Numbered from the stretch's first letter, positions 1 through 10,205 are shown. The stretch: 64,000 bases of DNA from Bacteriovoracaceae bacterium (GCA_048270185.1 JBLWTJ010000001.1:608001-672000), one strand, 5' to 3'. Translations and numbers: made by a program. Notes: generated by a model not told the origin, from the sequence alone.

Positions 1-1250
1 ACACCCATCCCACCTGCTGTACAGATTGAGATAAGTCCACGTCCGCCGCCTTTTTCATCAAGCATTTTTGCAAGGCCTGCCACAATTCTTGCACCAGTAG
101 CACCGAAAGGGTGCCCGAGGGCAAGTGAGCCACCTTTCACATTAAGCTTTGAGCGATCAATTGATCCAAGAGCTGAGTCTAGTCCAAGCTTTGTCTTACA
201 GAATTCTTCATCTTCCCAGGCCTTAAGAGTACAAAGAACTTGGGCAGCAAAGGCCTCGTGAATTTCGTAAAAGTCAAAGTCTTGTAGAGTAAGACCAGCA
301 CGCTTTAAAAGTTTTGGGACAGCGTAAGCAGGTGCCATAAGAAGTCCTTCATCATCAATGAAGTCAACGGCAGCCGACTGACAAGTTGAAAAGTAAGCTA
401 GTACTTTTAGGTTATTTTCTTTGGCATACTCTTCACTACATAGGAAAACACAAGATGCACCATCTGTTAGTGGAGTTGAGTTTGCAGCTGTTAGAGTTGC
501 TTTATCAGACTTTTCAAAAGCTGTTCTTAGGCTTCCCATTTTCTCAACTGTTGTATTTGCTCTTAGGATTCCATCTCGCTCTAATCCCTTGAAAGGAACA
601 ACTAAGCTATTGTAGAAGCCTTCGTTATAAGCACGCTCAGCATTTTGGTGAGATTCCCAAGCTAGTTGATCTTGCTCACTACGAGGAATTTGCCAGCGCT
701 GGGCCATAAGCTCACAACTTTGTCCCATTGAAAGTCCCGTACGCGGCTCTTTAACGGCAGGAAAAGATGGCTTTAAGTCCCCTGGTCTAATACTTAAAAG
801 GGCCTTAATTCTCTCGCCTGTTGAGCGAGCGTAATTTGCCTTACTCATGGCATCTGAAAAGTTCTTTGAAAACTCAACAGGAATATCACTATTTGTGTCC
901 ACACCACCAGCAATTCCACATTCAATTTGCCCTGTGGCAATTTTCATCGCGATAATATTTGAAGACTCTAACGAAAGTCCACATGCTTTTTGTATATCAG
1001 TTGCTGGAGTTGAAAAAGAAAGTCCAGATTCAATCGTACACTCACGCGCCAGAGAGAAATCATAGGCGTGTTTACTAACGGCACCAAGAACAACCTCACC
1101 TACTTCCTTACCTTTAAGATTCATTTTATCAACAAGGCCCTTAAGAGCGGCCGTCATCAATTCTTTGTTTGAGATTCCTTGATAATTTGTTCCCGAACGC
1201 GCAAATGGGATACGAGAACCATCAATAATACATACTTTTCTTTGTTCCAT
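1..1250 (-). CDS. acetyl-CoA C-acyltransferase (thiolase), 3' end runs off the window
   Basis: Not in ORF track. Hand-translated from ATG at 1250: MEQRKVCIIDGSRIPFARSG..., catalytic KACG, FYEIHEAFAAQ, GHPFGATGARI, C-terminal ICTAGGMG. Confidence 0.93.
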   Translation of the reverse strand, partial: MEQRKVCIIDGSRIPFARSGTNYQGISNKELMTAALKGLVDKMNLKGKEVGEVVLGAVSKHAYDFSLARECTIESGLSFSTPATDIQKACGLSLESSNIIAMKIATGQIECGIAGGVDTNSDIPVEFSKNFSDAMSKANYARSTGERIKALLSIRPGDLKPSFPAVKEPRTGLSMGQSCELMAQRWQIPRSEQDQLAWESHQNAERAYNEGFYNSLVVPFKGLERDGILRANTTVEKMGSLRTAFEKSDKATLTAANSTPLTDGASCVFLCSEEYAKENNLKVLAYFSTCQSAAVDFIDDEGLLMAPAYAVPKLLKRAGLTLQDFDFYEIHEAFAAQVLCTLKAWEDEEFCKTKLGLDSALGSIDRSKLNVKGGSLALGHPFGATGARIVAGLAKMLDEKGGGRGLISICTAGGMG

Positions 1251-1279
1251 TAAAATTCCTTTCTTATTAATATTTAATC

Positions 1280-2641
1280 TTAAAGATTGGTTAGACTTTT
1301 TAACTCAAAGATTATCTTACGATAACTACTTAAATGAAAGAACTCATCAAGTTCTAATAGAATCGAGTTCAATTTTAACTTCTCGCGGGCCTCAATTGCT
1401 TTAAGAATTTCAACCACATACTTCTCAATAACAATAAAGCATATTGCTAGTGGAGAGAGGTTTGAAGTGTAGACATCAGGGAAACCAATTCCATTGAGGG
1501 CCCCGTGATGTTGCCTCACAATAACGTCAATCCCACTTGGGATACCTGATATCTCTTGTAAGAGAGTCGTGCTCATATTAGCGTGCTCAAGAACAAGCTT
1601 TCTTTCTTCTTCACTAAGATTGGCCTGATTGAGATCATCGAGTGAATGAATCTTTAAAAGCTTCTCATCACGTAAGAGGATGTCGTGAAAAAAACATATA
1701 TAGCAAACCTTATCCATTGTTTGCTTTAATTGCTCACCACGTCCCCATCCCAGATTTGGGATAATCTGATAAAAGAACAGGCTTGTAAGATAATTTCTTT
1801 TGAATGCATAAGAAGTTTCATTCTCTAAAAGTGAGCGAAGAAGAGTTGAAACTTTTTTTGATCCTATAACAGTTTTAGTCATGGCCACAATGGAAGTTTT
1901 AGCAAGCTTCACTGTTTGCGGAGTAATTCCAATATCATTTAAAAGGTTTTGTGAAATCTCAAAAGTATCTGAACTTACTTCAACAACTTTCTTTCCCTCT
2001 TTAAAGGCCTTTACTACTTTAGAAAGAGACTGGGCCAAAATTTGTCCCATAAGTTTTTCAAAGTCTTCTTTTTTAACATAGAAATGCGTTAGATTATTCT
2101 TCTCATAGCGCTTGACGATATTCTTATCCAGAACATCATTGGCATAGATTCTTTTCACATAGTGAGTTTCCCCGGCCTTAGACATCTTAAGATAGATATC
2201 ACAACAAGGATTTGAAAGAAGATAGAAATTAGCAATTTCAGCAGGAACATAATCAGGCATTTTCAAATGTCTTAATTCATCATCTGTCACTCCGAGACTT
2301 TTGATAAGCTGAAGGCTTACATCCCTAAGAGAGAACTTTGATGATAGACTCACGAAATTCCCGTAGTCCACCTCTAATTCACCAAGCACGATGACAGGGA
2401 GCTTTAGAGAATTATCAATGATAAAATTTATCAAATTTTGAGCATTTAAGACATTGCGTCCTTCACTATCAATATATCGACTCTCACACAGGACACCATC
2501 AAAACCACCAAGTCCATCTCTCCTCATTACTTCAGCGCTATTTTGCGCGCAAACTGTCTCAAAGGAATACTCATTTTCTAAGTACTCTCTAAGACTGGAA
2601 GCAATACGCTGCTGCGAATGGATGATAAGTAGTTTTCTCAT
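1280..2641 (-). CDS. REC-like + degenerate HD-GYP domain protein
   Basis: N-terminal receiver-like MRKLLIIH...DGVLCE; C-terminal FFHDI, HANMS, RQHHGALNGIGFP. Confidence 0.75.
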   Translation of the reverse strand: MRKLLIIHSQQRIASSLREYLENEYSFETVCAQNSAEVMRRDGLGGFDGVLCESRYIDSEGRNVLNAQNLINFIIDNSLKLPVIVLGELEVDYGNFVSLSSKFSLRDVSLQLIKSLGVTDDELRHLKMPDYVPAEIANFYLLSNPCCDIYLKMSKAGETHYVKRIYANDVLDKNIVKRYEKNNLTHFYVKKEDFEKLMGQILAQSLSKVVKAFKEGKKVVEVSSDTFEISQNLLNDIGITPQTVKLAKTSIVAMTKTVIGSKKVSTLLRSLLENETSYAFKRNYLTSLFFYQIIPNLGWGRGEQLKQTMDKVCYICFFHDILLRDEKLLKIHSLDDLNQANLSEEERKLVLEHANMSTTLLQEISGIPSGIDVIVRQHHGALNGIGFPDVYTSNLSPLAICFIVIEKYVVEILKAIEAREKLKLNSILLELDEFFHLSSYRKIIFELKSLTNL

Positions 2642-3465
2642 TAAAATGATCGTTTCTTAAAGATATAATTAAATATCATTCCCCATATCCAAAGTGTCGC
2701 CACTAGGTGAATTAGTCCATAAGCAAGATTTTTAAATATCTCCATATTAAACTCGGCACCAAGAGAGAGCATATCTGAGATCCCATTGATCTCACCGACC
2801 CTTGGCAGTAACCAGTAAAATATAGCTCCAAAGATTGACGATAAATTAAATCCTGATACGACAGGGTTTCCACTTTGGATATATGTGTATGTACCAATAG
2901 AGGCCATTACATAGAATAAAGTCATCAGTAGTGTTCCAATCTTATTAAAGAAGAGACTAAAGAAACAACTTACAAACATGATGATAATAATCTGAATAAA
3001 ATGTGGGATCGTTGAAGCAAGAATACTCACAACTGGAACATCAACACCCGCAGGAAGTAACTCATTTGTACTTAGAATGATCATACCAATGATAAGAATG
3101 ATTAATAAGTAAAGAAAGCTTAAAAGAGCACCGCCAAACATACGGTTAATAACATATGAAGATCTCTTAATAGGAAGAGCGAGAAGCTGTGAAATAACTC
3201 CACTCTCCAAATCACTTTTAAAAATATTTGCCGAAACTAAGGCGGCGACAAATTTAGCGCTTAAACTAATGATCCAGATAACAACTGTCATACTTGCAGT
3301 AGCAAGGTATGTATTAAATCCTGATTCTTTGATTTCATCTTGAAGAGCATTCGTTGCAACAGCACCGAGATACATCACCGCAAGAGTCATCACAAATAGG
3401 AAGATAACGGATTTATTTCTAATTTCTTTTTCAATTGTGTTCTTTATTAATGTCTTATTAAGCAT
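2641..3465 (-). CDS. ABC-2 type transporter permease
   Basis: About 6 hydrophobic segments; DLESGVISQLLALPIKRSSY motif; likely ATG at 3465 overlaps the ATPase stop. Confidence 0.8.
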   Translation of the reverse strand: MLNKTLIKNTIEKEIRNKSVIFLFVMTLAVMYLGAVATNALQDEIKESGFNTYLATASMTVVIWIISLSAKFVAALVSANIFKSDLESGVISQLLALPIKRSSYVINRMFGGALLSFLYLLIILIIGMIILSTNELLPAGVDVPVVSILASTIPHFIQIIIIMFVSCFFSLFFNKIGTLLMTLFYVMASIGTYTYIQSGNPVVSGFNLSSIFGAIFYWLLPRVGEINGISDMLSLGAEFNMEIFKNLAYGLIHLVATLWIWGMIFNYIFKKRSF

Positions 3466-4186
3466 GACTACCTTCATTTGATTCTTTAACAAGTGTATAG
3501 AAACGATCCTCAAGTGTTTGTCCTGCTCTTACTTCATCAAGACTACCACTTGCTCTAACTTGACCATGATTTAAGATAATGACTTTATTTGCAAATTTTT
3601 CAACTTCAGAAAGAATGTGAGAATTAATCATTATCGTCTTACCTTGTGCACTCAACTCAAGACAAATATCTTTGACATCTTTTATACCAATTGGATCAAG
3701 CCCAGAAAAAGGCTCATCAAGAACAATGAGATCTTTATCGGCAACAAGAGCAATACATAGCCCTACTCTTTGCATTTGACCTTTTGAGAGTTCACGAAGC
3801 TTCTTCTTTCCTAACTCACCAATAGAAAGTCTACCTAGAGCGTATTGAATTTTATCGCGATATTCACTCTTGCTAACCCCATGAAACTCCGCAAAGAATT
3901 TAAGTGTTTCTTCAACAGAAAAATAATCATAAAAACTAAATTTTTCTGGTAGATAAACTAAGCGAGAGCGAGACATGGGATCACTTGAATCAATATCGAA
4001 AATTTTGATACTTCCACTATCTGCACTAATAAGATTTAGCATACATTTAACAAAAGTTGTCTTTCCAGCACCGTTTGGTCCTAAAAGAGCAACCACATCA
4101 CCTTCTTCAACACTTAATGAAAATTCGCTAAGAGCTAATTGATCACGATATCTCTTTGAGACATTTTCTACTTTAATAACACTCAT
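3458..4186 (-). CDS. ABC transporter ATP-binding protein
   Basis: Walker A GPNGAGKTT, signature LSKGQ, Walker B IVLDEP, H-loop SHIL. Confidence 0.95.
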   Translation of the reverse strand: MSVIKVENVSKRYRDQLALSEFSLSVEEGDVVALLGPNGAGKTTFVKCMLNLISADSGSIKIFDIDSSDPMSRSRLVYLPEKFSFYDYFSVEETLKFFAEFHGVSKSEYRDKIQYALGRLSIGELGKKKLRELSKGQMQRVGLCIALVADKDLIVLDEPFSGLDPIGIKDVKDICLELSAQGKTIMINSHILSEVEKFANKVIILNHGQVRASGSLDEVRAGQTLEDRFYTLVKESNEGSHA

Positions 4187-4207
4187 AATCTTCCTTAATT
4201 CGATTTG

Positions 4208-4618
4208 TTATTTCTTTGGTAAAACTGTTTTTGAATTTATACTTCTTGGTCTCTTGTCTTCATCAATTGCGACATAAGTAAAGATCCCATCAGTCACCAT
4301 CACTCTTTCTGTTTCAAACTTACGAATGACCCAAGCTTCGACTCTAACAGCAAGTGAAGTATTCCCTTCTCTTACTGTAGAACAGTAACAACAAAGAATA
4401 TCCCCAACTCCAACAGGTTGAATGAATTTCATGGCCTCAATAGCAATCGTGGCAGTACGACCGTTACATCGTTTTCCTGAATAGATGGCACCAGCGATAT
4501 CCATTTGTGATAATACCCAACCACCAAATATATCTCCGTTGTGATTTGTATCACATGGCATCGTTAGTGTTCTGACACACAATTCACCAACGGGTTCTAA
4601 TTCACTATTTTTTCCCAC
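4208..4618 (-). CDS. yciA: acyl-CoA thioesterase (YciA-like hotdog fold)
   Basis: MPCDTNHNGDIFGGWVLSQMDIAG motif. Confidence 0.88.
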   Translation of the reverse strand: MGKNSELEPVGELCVRTLTMPCDTNHNGDIFGGWVLSQMDIAGAIYSGKRCNGRTATIAIEAMKFIQPVGVGDILCCYCSTVREGNTSLAVRVEAWVIRKFETERVMVTDGIFTYVAIDEDKRPRSINSKTVLPKK

Positions 4619-4691
4619 AGTTTCTATCCTTTAAAAGTTCGCTATAATTATAATAACATATTGTAATAATATTAAGTAAAAAGGTAGCGGA

Positions 4692-5447
4692 ATGCTTGAA
4701 AAGAAAGAAATGCAATTAATCCTTCGATCAGTTGCAATTAGTACTGTGGTCATCATTGTCTTAAATGGAGCTTATCTCTCAGGTATTTTCCCAAAAGAAG
4801 GAATTGTCGCAAGACTACTAATTTTACTTGGCGGTGACTTTATCAAAGGTGGCTATATTCAATGGCTAACATATTGTGCTTTTATATGGTCTCTTGGAGA
4901 GATAAAAGGACTAAAAGCTCAGATAACAGCAGAAAAGTCATACTTTAAAGCTAATCTATTACCAACAGCAGAGAGCCACCTACTGATGGCCGAAGATGTT
5001 GTAGGTATTGGTCAAAAAGTTAAAGAATTTGAAAAGAAGTATTCAAAAACACTTCTCACTCAACTCATTAAGAATTCATGTGCTAAATTTCGCTCAACAA
5101 AGAATATCTCTGAGGTCTTAGAAGTTATCAATATCATCACAGATCTTCACAGAGACAACTCAGAGACCGAACAATCAAATATTCGCTACCTCTTATGGGC
5201 CATTCCCTCTCTAGGATTTATTGGTACTGTTCTTGGTATTTCAAGTGCTCTCATGCTTGCCAACTCAAAAGACATGCAGCTGATTACTTCAACTCTTGGC
5301 GTTGCATTTGATACAACACTAGTGGCACTGATTTTAAGTATCATTCTAATGTGGATGTTTCACGACCTGCAAAAGCGCACCGATCAATTTCATATGAAAA
5401 CAAAGGAATATGTTATTGAAAATCTAGTTAATAAGATTGAGATGTAG
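4692..5447 (+). CDS. MotA/TolQ/ExbB proton channel family protein
   Basis: WAIPSLGFIGTVLGIS and GVAFDTTLVAL transmembrane motifs. Confidence 0.88.
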   Translation: MLEKKEMQLILRSVAISTVVIIVLNGAYLSGIFPKEGIVARLLILLGGDFIKGGYIQWLTYCAFIWSLGEIKGLKAQITAEKSYFKANLLPTAESHLLMAEDVVGIGQKVKEFEKKYSKTLLTQLIKNSCAKFRSTKNISEVLEVINIITDLHRDNSETEQSNIRYLLWAIPSLGFIGTVLGISSALMLANSKDMQLITSTLGVAFDTTLVALILSIILMWMFHDLQKRTDQFHMKTKEYVIENLVNKIEM

Positions 5448-5457
5448 GATTTAATTA

Positions 5458-6324
5458 ATGCGCCAAAGAAAATCGATCGACGTCTTCAATATATCCTTTC
5501 TTGATCTTTTATCAGGGGCCTTAGGAGCTGTAATTATCTTATTCATTGTGGTTCCAAAGAATGAAGACCCACAAGTCCAACAAAAAGACCCACAGAAAAA
5601 AGAGGTTTGTGTTGATAACTCTAAGGCGCTTTCACAATGTGAGAATATGGCCAAAGAACAGCAGGCCGTCATTAAAGATCTAACAGCAAAACTTCAAGAG
5701 GCGGCCAAGCCAAAAGAAGTTGTTGAAGTTAAAACACCAAAAGTTGAAAAGAAAGATAACTCGTCGGCCAATAATGATGTCGGTTTTAATTTCAAAGGAA
5801 AGCGCATTGCCTTTTTAATTGATGTATCAGGATCAATGTCAACAGACGATCGTATTGGAGAAGTTAAGGCCGGTTTAAAAATGTTAATTGCGTCCATGAA
5901 TAAAGACTTTCATGTTGATATTATCTACTTCCCTCACCGCAATGAATCTCAATATGCCCTTTGGGGTGTTCTACAAAATATGCATGATTTAAAAATTAAA
6001 GAAGAAATCTACCAATTCTTAGGAAGACTTAAGCCAAATGGGACAACACCAACAAGGGCGGCCCTAAAATTTGCCTTAGATTCCTATCCTGAGCTAACAG
6101 ATATCGTACTCTTAAGTGATGGTTCGCCTACAAAGTCGGGACGCACCAGCTCCCCTGATAATATTGATGATCTCGTGCGTGATATTACGGCCAAGAATAA
6201 GGCCCGACAGGTACAAATTAACGCCATTGGAGTAGGGGCCAAGAATTTCAGTAAGTCCTCAAATTTATATAAATTCTTAAAGAATTTGACCGAATCCAAT
6301 AACGGTTTTTTCTATGGCTTCTAA
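5458..6324 (+). CDS. ExbD/TolR-like single-TM protein with C-terminal VWA domain
   Basis: N-terminal FNISFLDLL TM with conserved Asp; coiled-coil linker; MIDAS DVSGSM, GTTPT, LLSDG. Confidence 0.82.
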   Translation: MRQRKSIDVFNISFLDLLSGALGAVIILFIVVPKNEDPQVQQKDPQKKEVCVDNSKALSQCENMAKEQQAVIKDLTAKLQEAAKPKEVVEVKTPKVEKKDNSSANNDVGFNFKGKRIAFLIDVSGSMSTDDRIGEVKAGLKMLIASMNKDFHVDIIYFPHRNESQYALWGVLQNMHDLKIKEEIYQFLGRLKPNGTTPTRAALKFALDSYPELTDIVLLSDGSPTKSGRTSSPDNIDDLVRDITAKNKARQVQINAIGVGAKNFSKSSNLYKFLKNLTESNNGFFYGF

Positions 6325-6378
6325 AGTTGGCGGAAATCGTTAATTTTTCAAACTATAAATTTTATGTCAATTTTTGGT

Positions 6379-6391
6379 TAAGTCTTTGATT
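6379..6391. promoter_or_regulatory. IHF-like binding site
   Basis: TAAGTCTTTGATT matches YAANNNNTTGATW exactly. Confidence 0.4.
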
Positions 6392-6445
6392 ATACGGCGT
6401 TAACTCACCTGTAACTTCAACGACTTACTCAAAATTGCCATAATA

Positions 6446-7693
6446 GTGTCAATGAGCACGAATCCAAAGCAACTATTCATTGAAAAGGCCAACGCCAGAC
6501 CGGCCGTCACTAGTATGTTAACGAGAGTATGTTTTTCTCTGATCCTACTAGGTCTTATGACTCTTATGAGTTCATGTGCAGGTCCTATGAATCCATTTGG
6601 CAGTGACACATTCTCACTTATTAACGACTCAGGTAAGAAGTTTGAAAATCTTGAGGCCTTCACAAATATTTTAAATGAACATTTGAAATTTAATAATGTT
6701 GGCACAAGTACAATTGGAATAGAATTCTTTCCAAAGAAACAAAATCGTCACTCGATTTATGACCTCTATATTAAAATCAATTCAACTAGAGGAAAGTTAA
6801 ATCCAGACAATATTGTTATCTTTTGGAATGGAAAGAATATCACTTCAAGCTTTAAGCATAATAATAAAGTGATCTTTGAAGATGATAAGCATGTCATCTA
6901 TAAAGTTAATCGTCTAAGTCTTCCAGCAAGACTAATGACAGATATCAAAATTGGCTATCAATACCGTGGAGAAATCAGGTCTCTATATCGCTATGAAGAA
7001 CCATCATGTATTCAAGCAACAGATGCAAAAGCAAAAGACTTTGAAATTACTTCAACTGATCCATTTAATGTAAAAGATAGTTTTATCGAGCTTGTAAAAA
7101 AGCAATCATTAAGTGTTAACACAAATCCTTCTATGTTACTTGGAATTATCGCTCAGGAGTCAGGGTTTAATTACCGTTCAGTGAGTTCGGCCAAAGCAAT
7201 TGGCCTAACACAAGTAACAGATGCGGCCAGCCAGCACGTAATAAAAAAATACGATACTTGGAAAGTAGATAAGAGAATTGAAAAACTTCCTTACGGGCTT
7301 GTTAAATTTCTAGTTCGCACAGGAAAGATTAATCATCGAAATGATTGGCGCCTCAATCGCAAGAAATCAGTTATAGGTGGACTTGAGTATATCAATTACT
7401 TAAAGCAGTACTGGCGTGGGAATTTTGAATTAGTTCAAAAGTCTTACCCAAATATTAGAACAGTTAAAGTCTTTGAAAAGAGCCAGCTTTTTACAGATTT
7501 AATCCTTGCTAGCTACAACTCAGGGCCCTTTCGAGTAAAGTCACAATTAATTAAATTTGATAAGAAATGGAAACATTCAGATAAATTACAAGAAGCGAAG
7601 AACTACGTTAATAAAGTAAATAGTTACTGTTACCACTTTACACACAATAATACACAAGGAGAAATCCATGAAGATCAAGCCTTTAATCTTTAA
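6446..7693 (+). CDS. lipoprotein with SLT lytic transglycosylase domain
   Basis: Lipobox-like LMSSC; IIAQESGFN (catalytic Glu), AIGLTQV, ASYNSG; true start may be downstream. Confidence 0.85.
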   Translation: MSMSTNPKQLFIEKANARPAVTSMLTRVCFSLILLGLMTLMSSCAGPMNPFGSDTFSLINDSGKKFENLEAFTNILNEHLKFNNVGTSTIGIEFFPKKQNRHSIYDLYIKINSTRGKLNPDNIVIFWNGKNITSSFKHNNKVIFEDDKHVIYKVNRLSLPARLMTDIKIGYQYRGEIRSLYRYEEPSCIQATDAKAKDFEITSTDPFNVKDSFIELVKKQSLSVNTNPSMLLGIIAQESGFNYRSVSSAKAIGLTQVTDAASQHVIKKYDTWKVDKRIEKLPYGLVKFLVRTGKINHRNDWRLNRKKSVIGGLEYINYLKQYWRGNFELVQKSYPNIRTVKVFEKSQLFTDLILASYNSGPFRVKSQLIKFDKKWKHSDKLQEAKNYVNKVNSYCYHFTHNNTQGEIHEDQAFNL

Positions 7694-8423
7694 TATTTAC
7701 GCATTTGTCTTTATTGCCATTGCCGTAAGTATTCCACTACAAGTAATGTTTCTTTACGGGCATAGCCTTACAGACTTTTCGGCCATGTGGTCAAAGCTGA
7801 CAGTATTTAATTTATTAGTTATGTCATCTTGTTTCCTAAACGCTTATTTTTCTTTTACAGCACAAGATGAAATAAAATGGAGCTTCCCATTATCGATCGG
7901 TTTTGTTTGTCTAAATAACTCAATCGTTCTTGTCTATGGTAATGACTTTGAAGCAGCAACTGTTATTCTTTCTACTTTTGCTTATATTTTAATGACGACA
8001 TACTTTATTCTCAGTCATGAAACAAATGTTATTAACTCACCTGCAGCTCAGTGGTGGAAGACAGCTTTACGTTATAAGGCTCCCCTTCCGACAAAAGTTT
8101 CATCAACTGATATCCCAATTAATCTTGGTGAGACATATGATATTTCAAGAACTGGTGCTTTTATTTCTTATAGTACGCCAGGACAAAAAGATATCTTCAA
8201 CTGTGGTGAGGCATTCACTTTCAATATCGGAGATGACCTAGAACTTAAGGCCAAGGTTGTTAGAAAATCCATGGCCGTAGGACGCTATCCAGAAGGAATG
8301 GGCGTTCAATTTATCGAGCTTGGAGTTGGGGAAAGAATTCAACTTGAGAAGCTTTTAAACTCACTTAAAACAAGTGTGGAACAAGAGAACGAAGAGTACC
8401 ATGAATATAATAAAGCAGCTTAA
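7668..8423 (+). CDS. 4-TM membrane protein with C-terminal PilZ domain
   Basis: Hydrophobic N-half; DISRTGAF (D/NxSxxG), AKVVR, GMGVQF. Confidence 0.8.
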   Translation: MKIKPLIFNIYAFVFIAIAVSIPLQVMFLYGHSLTDFSAMWSKLTVFNLLVMSSCFLNAYFSFTAQDEIKWSFPLSIGFVCLNNSIVLVYGNDFEAATVILSTFAYILMTTYFILSHETNVINSPAAQWWKTALRYKAPLPTKVSSTDIPINLGETYDISRTGAFISYSTPGQKDIFNCGEAFTFNIGDDLELKAKVVRKSMAVGRYPEGMGVQFIELGVGERIQLEKLLNSLKTSVEQENEEYHEYNKAA

Positions 8424-8428
8424 ATGCG

Positions 8429-8457
8429 TGAGGGCCTATCAAGGCCCTCTTTTTTTT
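8429..8457 (+). terminator. intrinsic terminator
   Basis: GAGGGCCT-atca-AGGCCCTC followed by a T-tract. Confidence 0.8.
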
Positions 8458-8572
8458 ATTTATGGCCATTAAATAGCTAAAATTACACACTTTTTATAAG
8501 CGAAATTAGCAAGACCTAAGTAAATTCTACAATCTCCTATCATCTGTTCAAAAATAAGCGTAAAAGCAAAGC

Positions 8573-9319
8573 ATGCAACGATTTTTAACTTTATTTCTAT
8601 GTACTTATGTTACCTTTAACGCTGCCGCTGAGACTTCTCAATTAAGGCAGGAGTTATCTAAAGTCTTAAAAGACGGCCGTGAAGTTCTCTACTACAAGAT
8701 TGCACGTCTTCACCTATTCAATGATATTTACGCTTATAAGAAAGAAGGTAGTGAGAATAAATTTATAAGAGACCTCTACTGTGACAAGGAATATGAGGTT
8801 AATGTTGATATCGAATTAAATGAGACTCGCCTACCAGATGGTAATATTTTAAACACAGAACATACATGGCCGAAGTCGCGCTTTTTTGAGTATAGCGAAA
8901 GTGTAGATCATGATAAGCAGTACTACGATGATATGCTCTCAGATATGCACCACCTATTTCCAACTGATTCCATGGTCAATGCAACTCGTGCTTCTTACCA
9001 CTACGGAGAAGTCGATGAGGACACACTTGAAGGCTGTCCACTCTCAAAGCTTGGAATGAACAAGGCCTATCCAAATATTCGCTTCTTTGAACCACCAGAT
9101 GAAATCAAAGGTGATATCGCTCGTGGTCTCTTCTACTTTGCAGTTATGTACCAACTTCCACTTGATGATCGTGAAGAAGAGTTCTTAAGAAAATGGGATA
9201 AGCAAGATCCTGTTAATGACTTTGAGAGATTTAGAAATGATCAGGTTGAAAAGTATCAGGGCAATCGAAATCCATTTATCGACAACCCTGAACTCATTAA
9301 TCTACTTCCTAATCTTTAG
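8573..9319 (+). CDS. secreted endonuclease I family nuclease
   Basis: Signal peptide; NTEHTWPKS, SDMHHLFPT, FEPP, KGDIAR, QGNRNPFID. Confidence 0.9.
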   Translation: MQRFLTLFLCTYVTFNAAAETSQLRQELSKVLKDGREVLYYKIARLHLFNDIYAYKKEGSENKFIRDLYCDKEYEVNVDIELNETRLPDGNILNTEHTWPKSRFFEYSESVDHDKQYYDDMLSDMHHLFPTDSMVNATRASYHYGEVDEDTLEGCPLSKLGMNKAYPNIRFFEPPDEIKGDIARGLFYFAVMYQLPLDDREEEFLRKWDKQDPVNDFERFRNDQVEKYQGNRNPFIDNPELINLLPNL

Positions 9320-9340
9320 GCTTTTAGACTTTAAAGAAGC

Positions 9341-10147
9341 TTACTTTTCTGCAACCTTAACTTTTAAAAGACGATCAAGAATCATTTTGAAGTGAGAATA
9401 AGGGTATGCGCCTTTAACAGGAACTCCTCCAACAACAAACCCTGGAGTCCCGCTAAACCCTAATTTATTCGCACTTTCAATATCTGCACTTACCTTGGCC
9501 GCCACTCGATCCGAGTGCGCAAGTTTTTTCACCTTCTTAACATCAAGCTTTAAGTCTTTAACAACACTCTCAAGATATTTTTCTCCATGACGAAGTTTAG
9601 CTTGATTGTGAAGAAGTATTTTATGAAATTCATATGCTTTCTCACCTGCTTCAATTCTCACTGCCTCATAATAGTTTGAGGCCATTCTTGCATTTGGATG
9701 GATCGAATCAATTGGCAGGTGACGATAAATAAATGCCACATCCCCTTTATATTCTTTTAGAATTTGCTCAACTGTATCAAATGCTCTTAAGCAAAATGGG
9801 CACTGAAAATCTGAATACTCATAGATTTTAATTTTCGCATTTGGATTTCCAATCACAAGGTCATCGCTATGTAGCTCTATTTGTAGTGGATTTTTAAAAG
9901 CAGCTTCAAGTATCTCTTGCTCTTTCTTATTGCGATTATTCAGGGCCTTCTCACGCATATCAGAGGCCATCTTCTGAAGTGTCTCCATAAAGAGCTCTGG
10001 GTTCTTCTTCATGACTTCTGTGATAATTGTCGGGTCTTTTTCAAGGGCCTCTTTCACACTCTTACTATTTGTACTTTGTGTACAAGAAGCAAGAAAGAGA
10101 GAGACGAGAACAATAATGAACGCGACCTTTGTAGAATTTCTTTGCAT
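9341..10147 (-). CDS. DsbA family thioredoxin-fold lipoprotein
   Basis: Lipobox LASC; YSDFQCPFC; SGTPGF. Confidence 0.9.
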   Translation of the reverse strand: MQRNSTKVAFIIVLVSLFLASCTQSTNSKSVKEALEKDPTIITEVMKKNPELFMETLQKMASDMREKALNNRNKKEQEILEAAFKNPLQIELHSDDLVIGNPNAKIKIYEYSDFQCPFCLRAFDTVEQILKEYKGDVAFIYRHLPIDSIHPNARMASNYYEAVRIEAGEKAYEFHKILLHNQAKLRHGEKYLESVVKDLKLDVKKVKKLAHSDRVAAKVSADIESANKLGFSGTPGFVVGGVPVKGAYPYSHFKMILDRLLKVKVAEK

Positions 10148-10178
10148 TATGGGCTCCTAAGCTTCAAGTTGTAACAAC

Positions 10179-10205
10179 CTATCGCTTAATTATGCCCAAT
10201 CTTTA
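10179..10205 (-). promoter_or_regulatory. sigma28 (FliA)-like promoter
   Basis: TAAA-N15-AGCGATAG upstream of the DsbA gene. Confidence 0.45.

Noticed and set aside
386..1065. Short plus-strand ORFs in the track
   Set aside because: Antisense shadows of the thiolase gene; the same applies to most 60-115 aa ORFs nested in long genes throughout the window.
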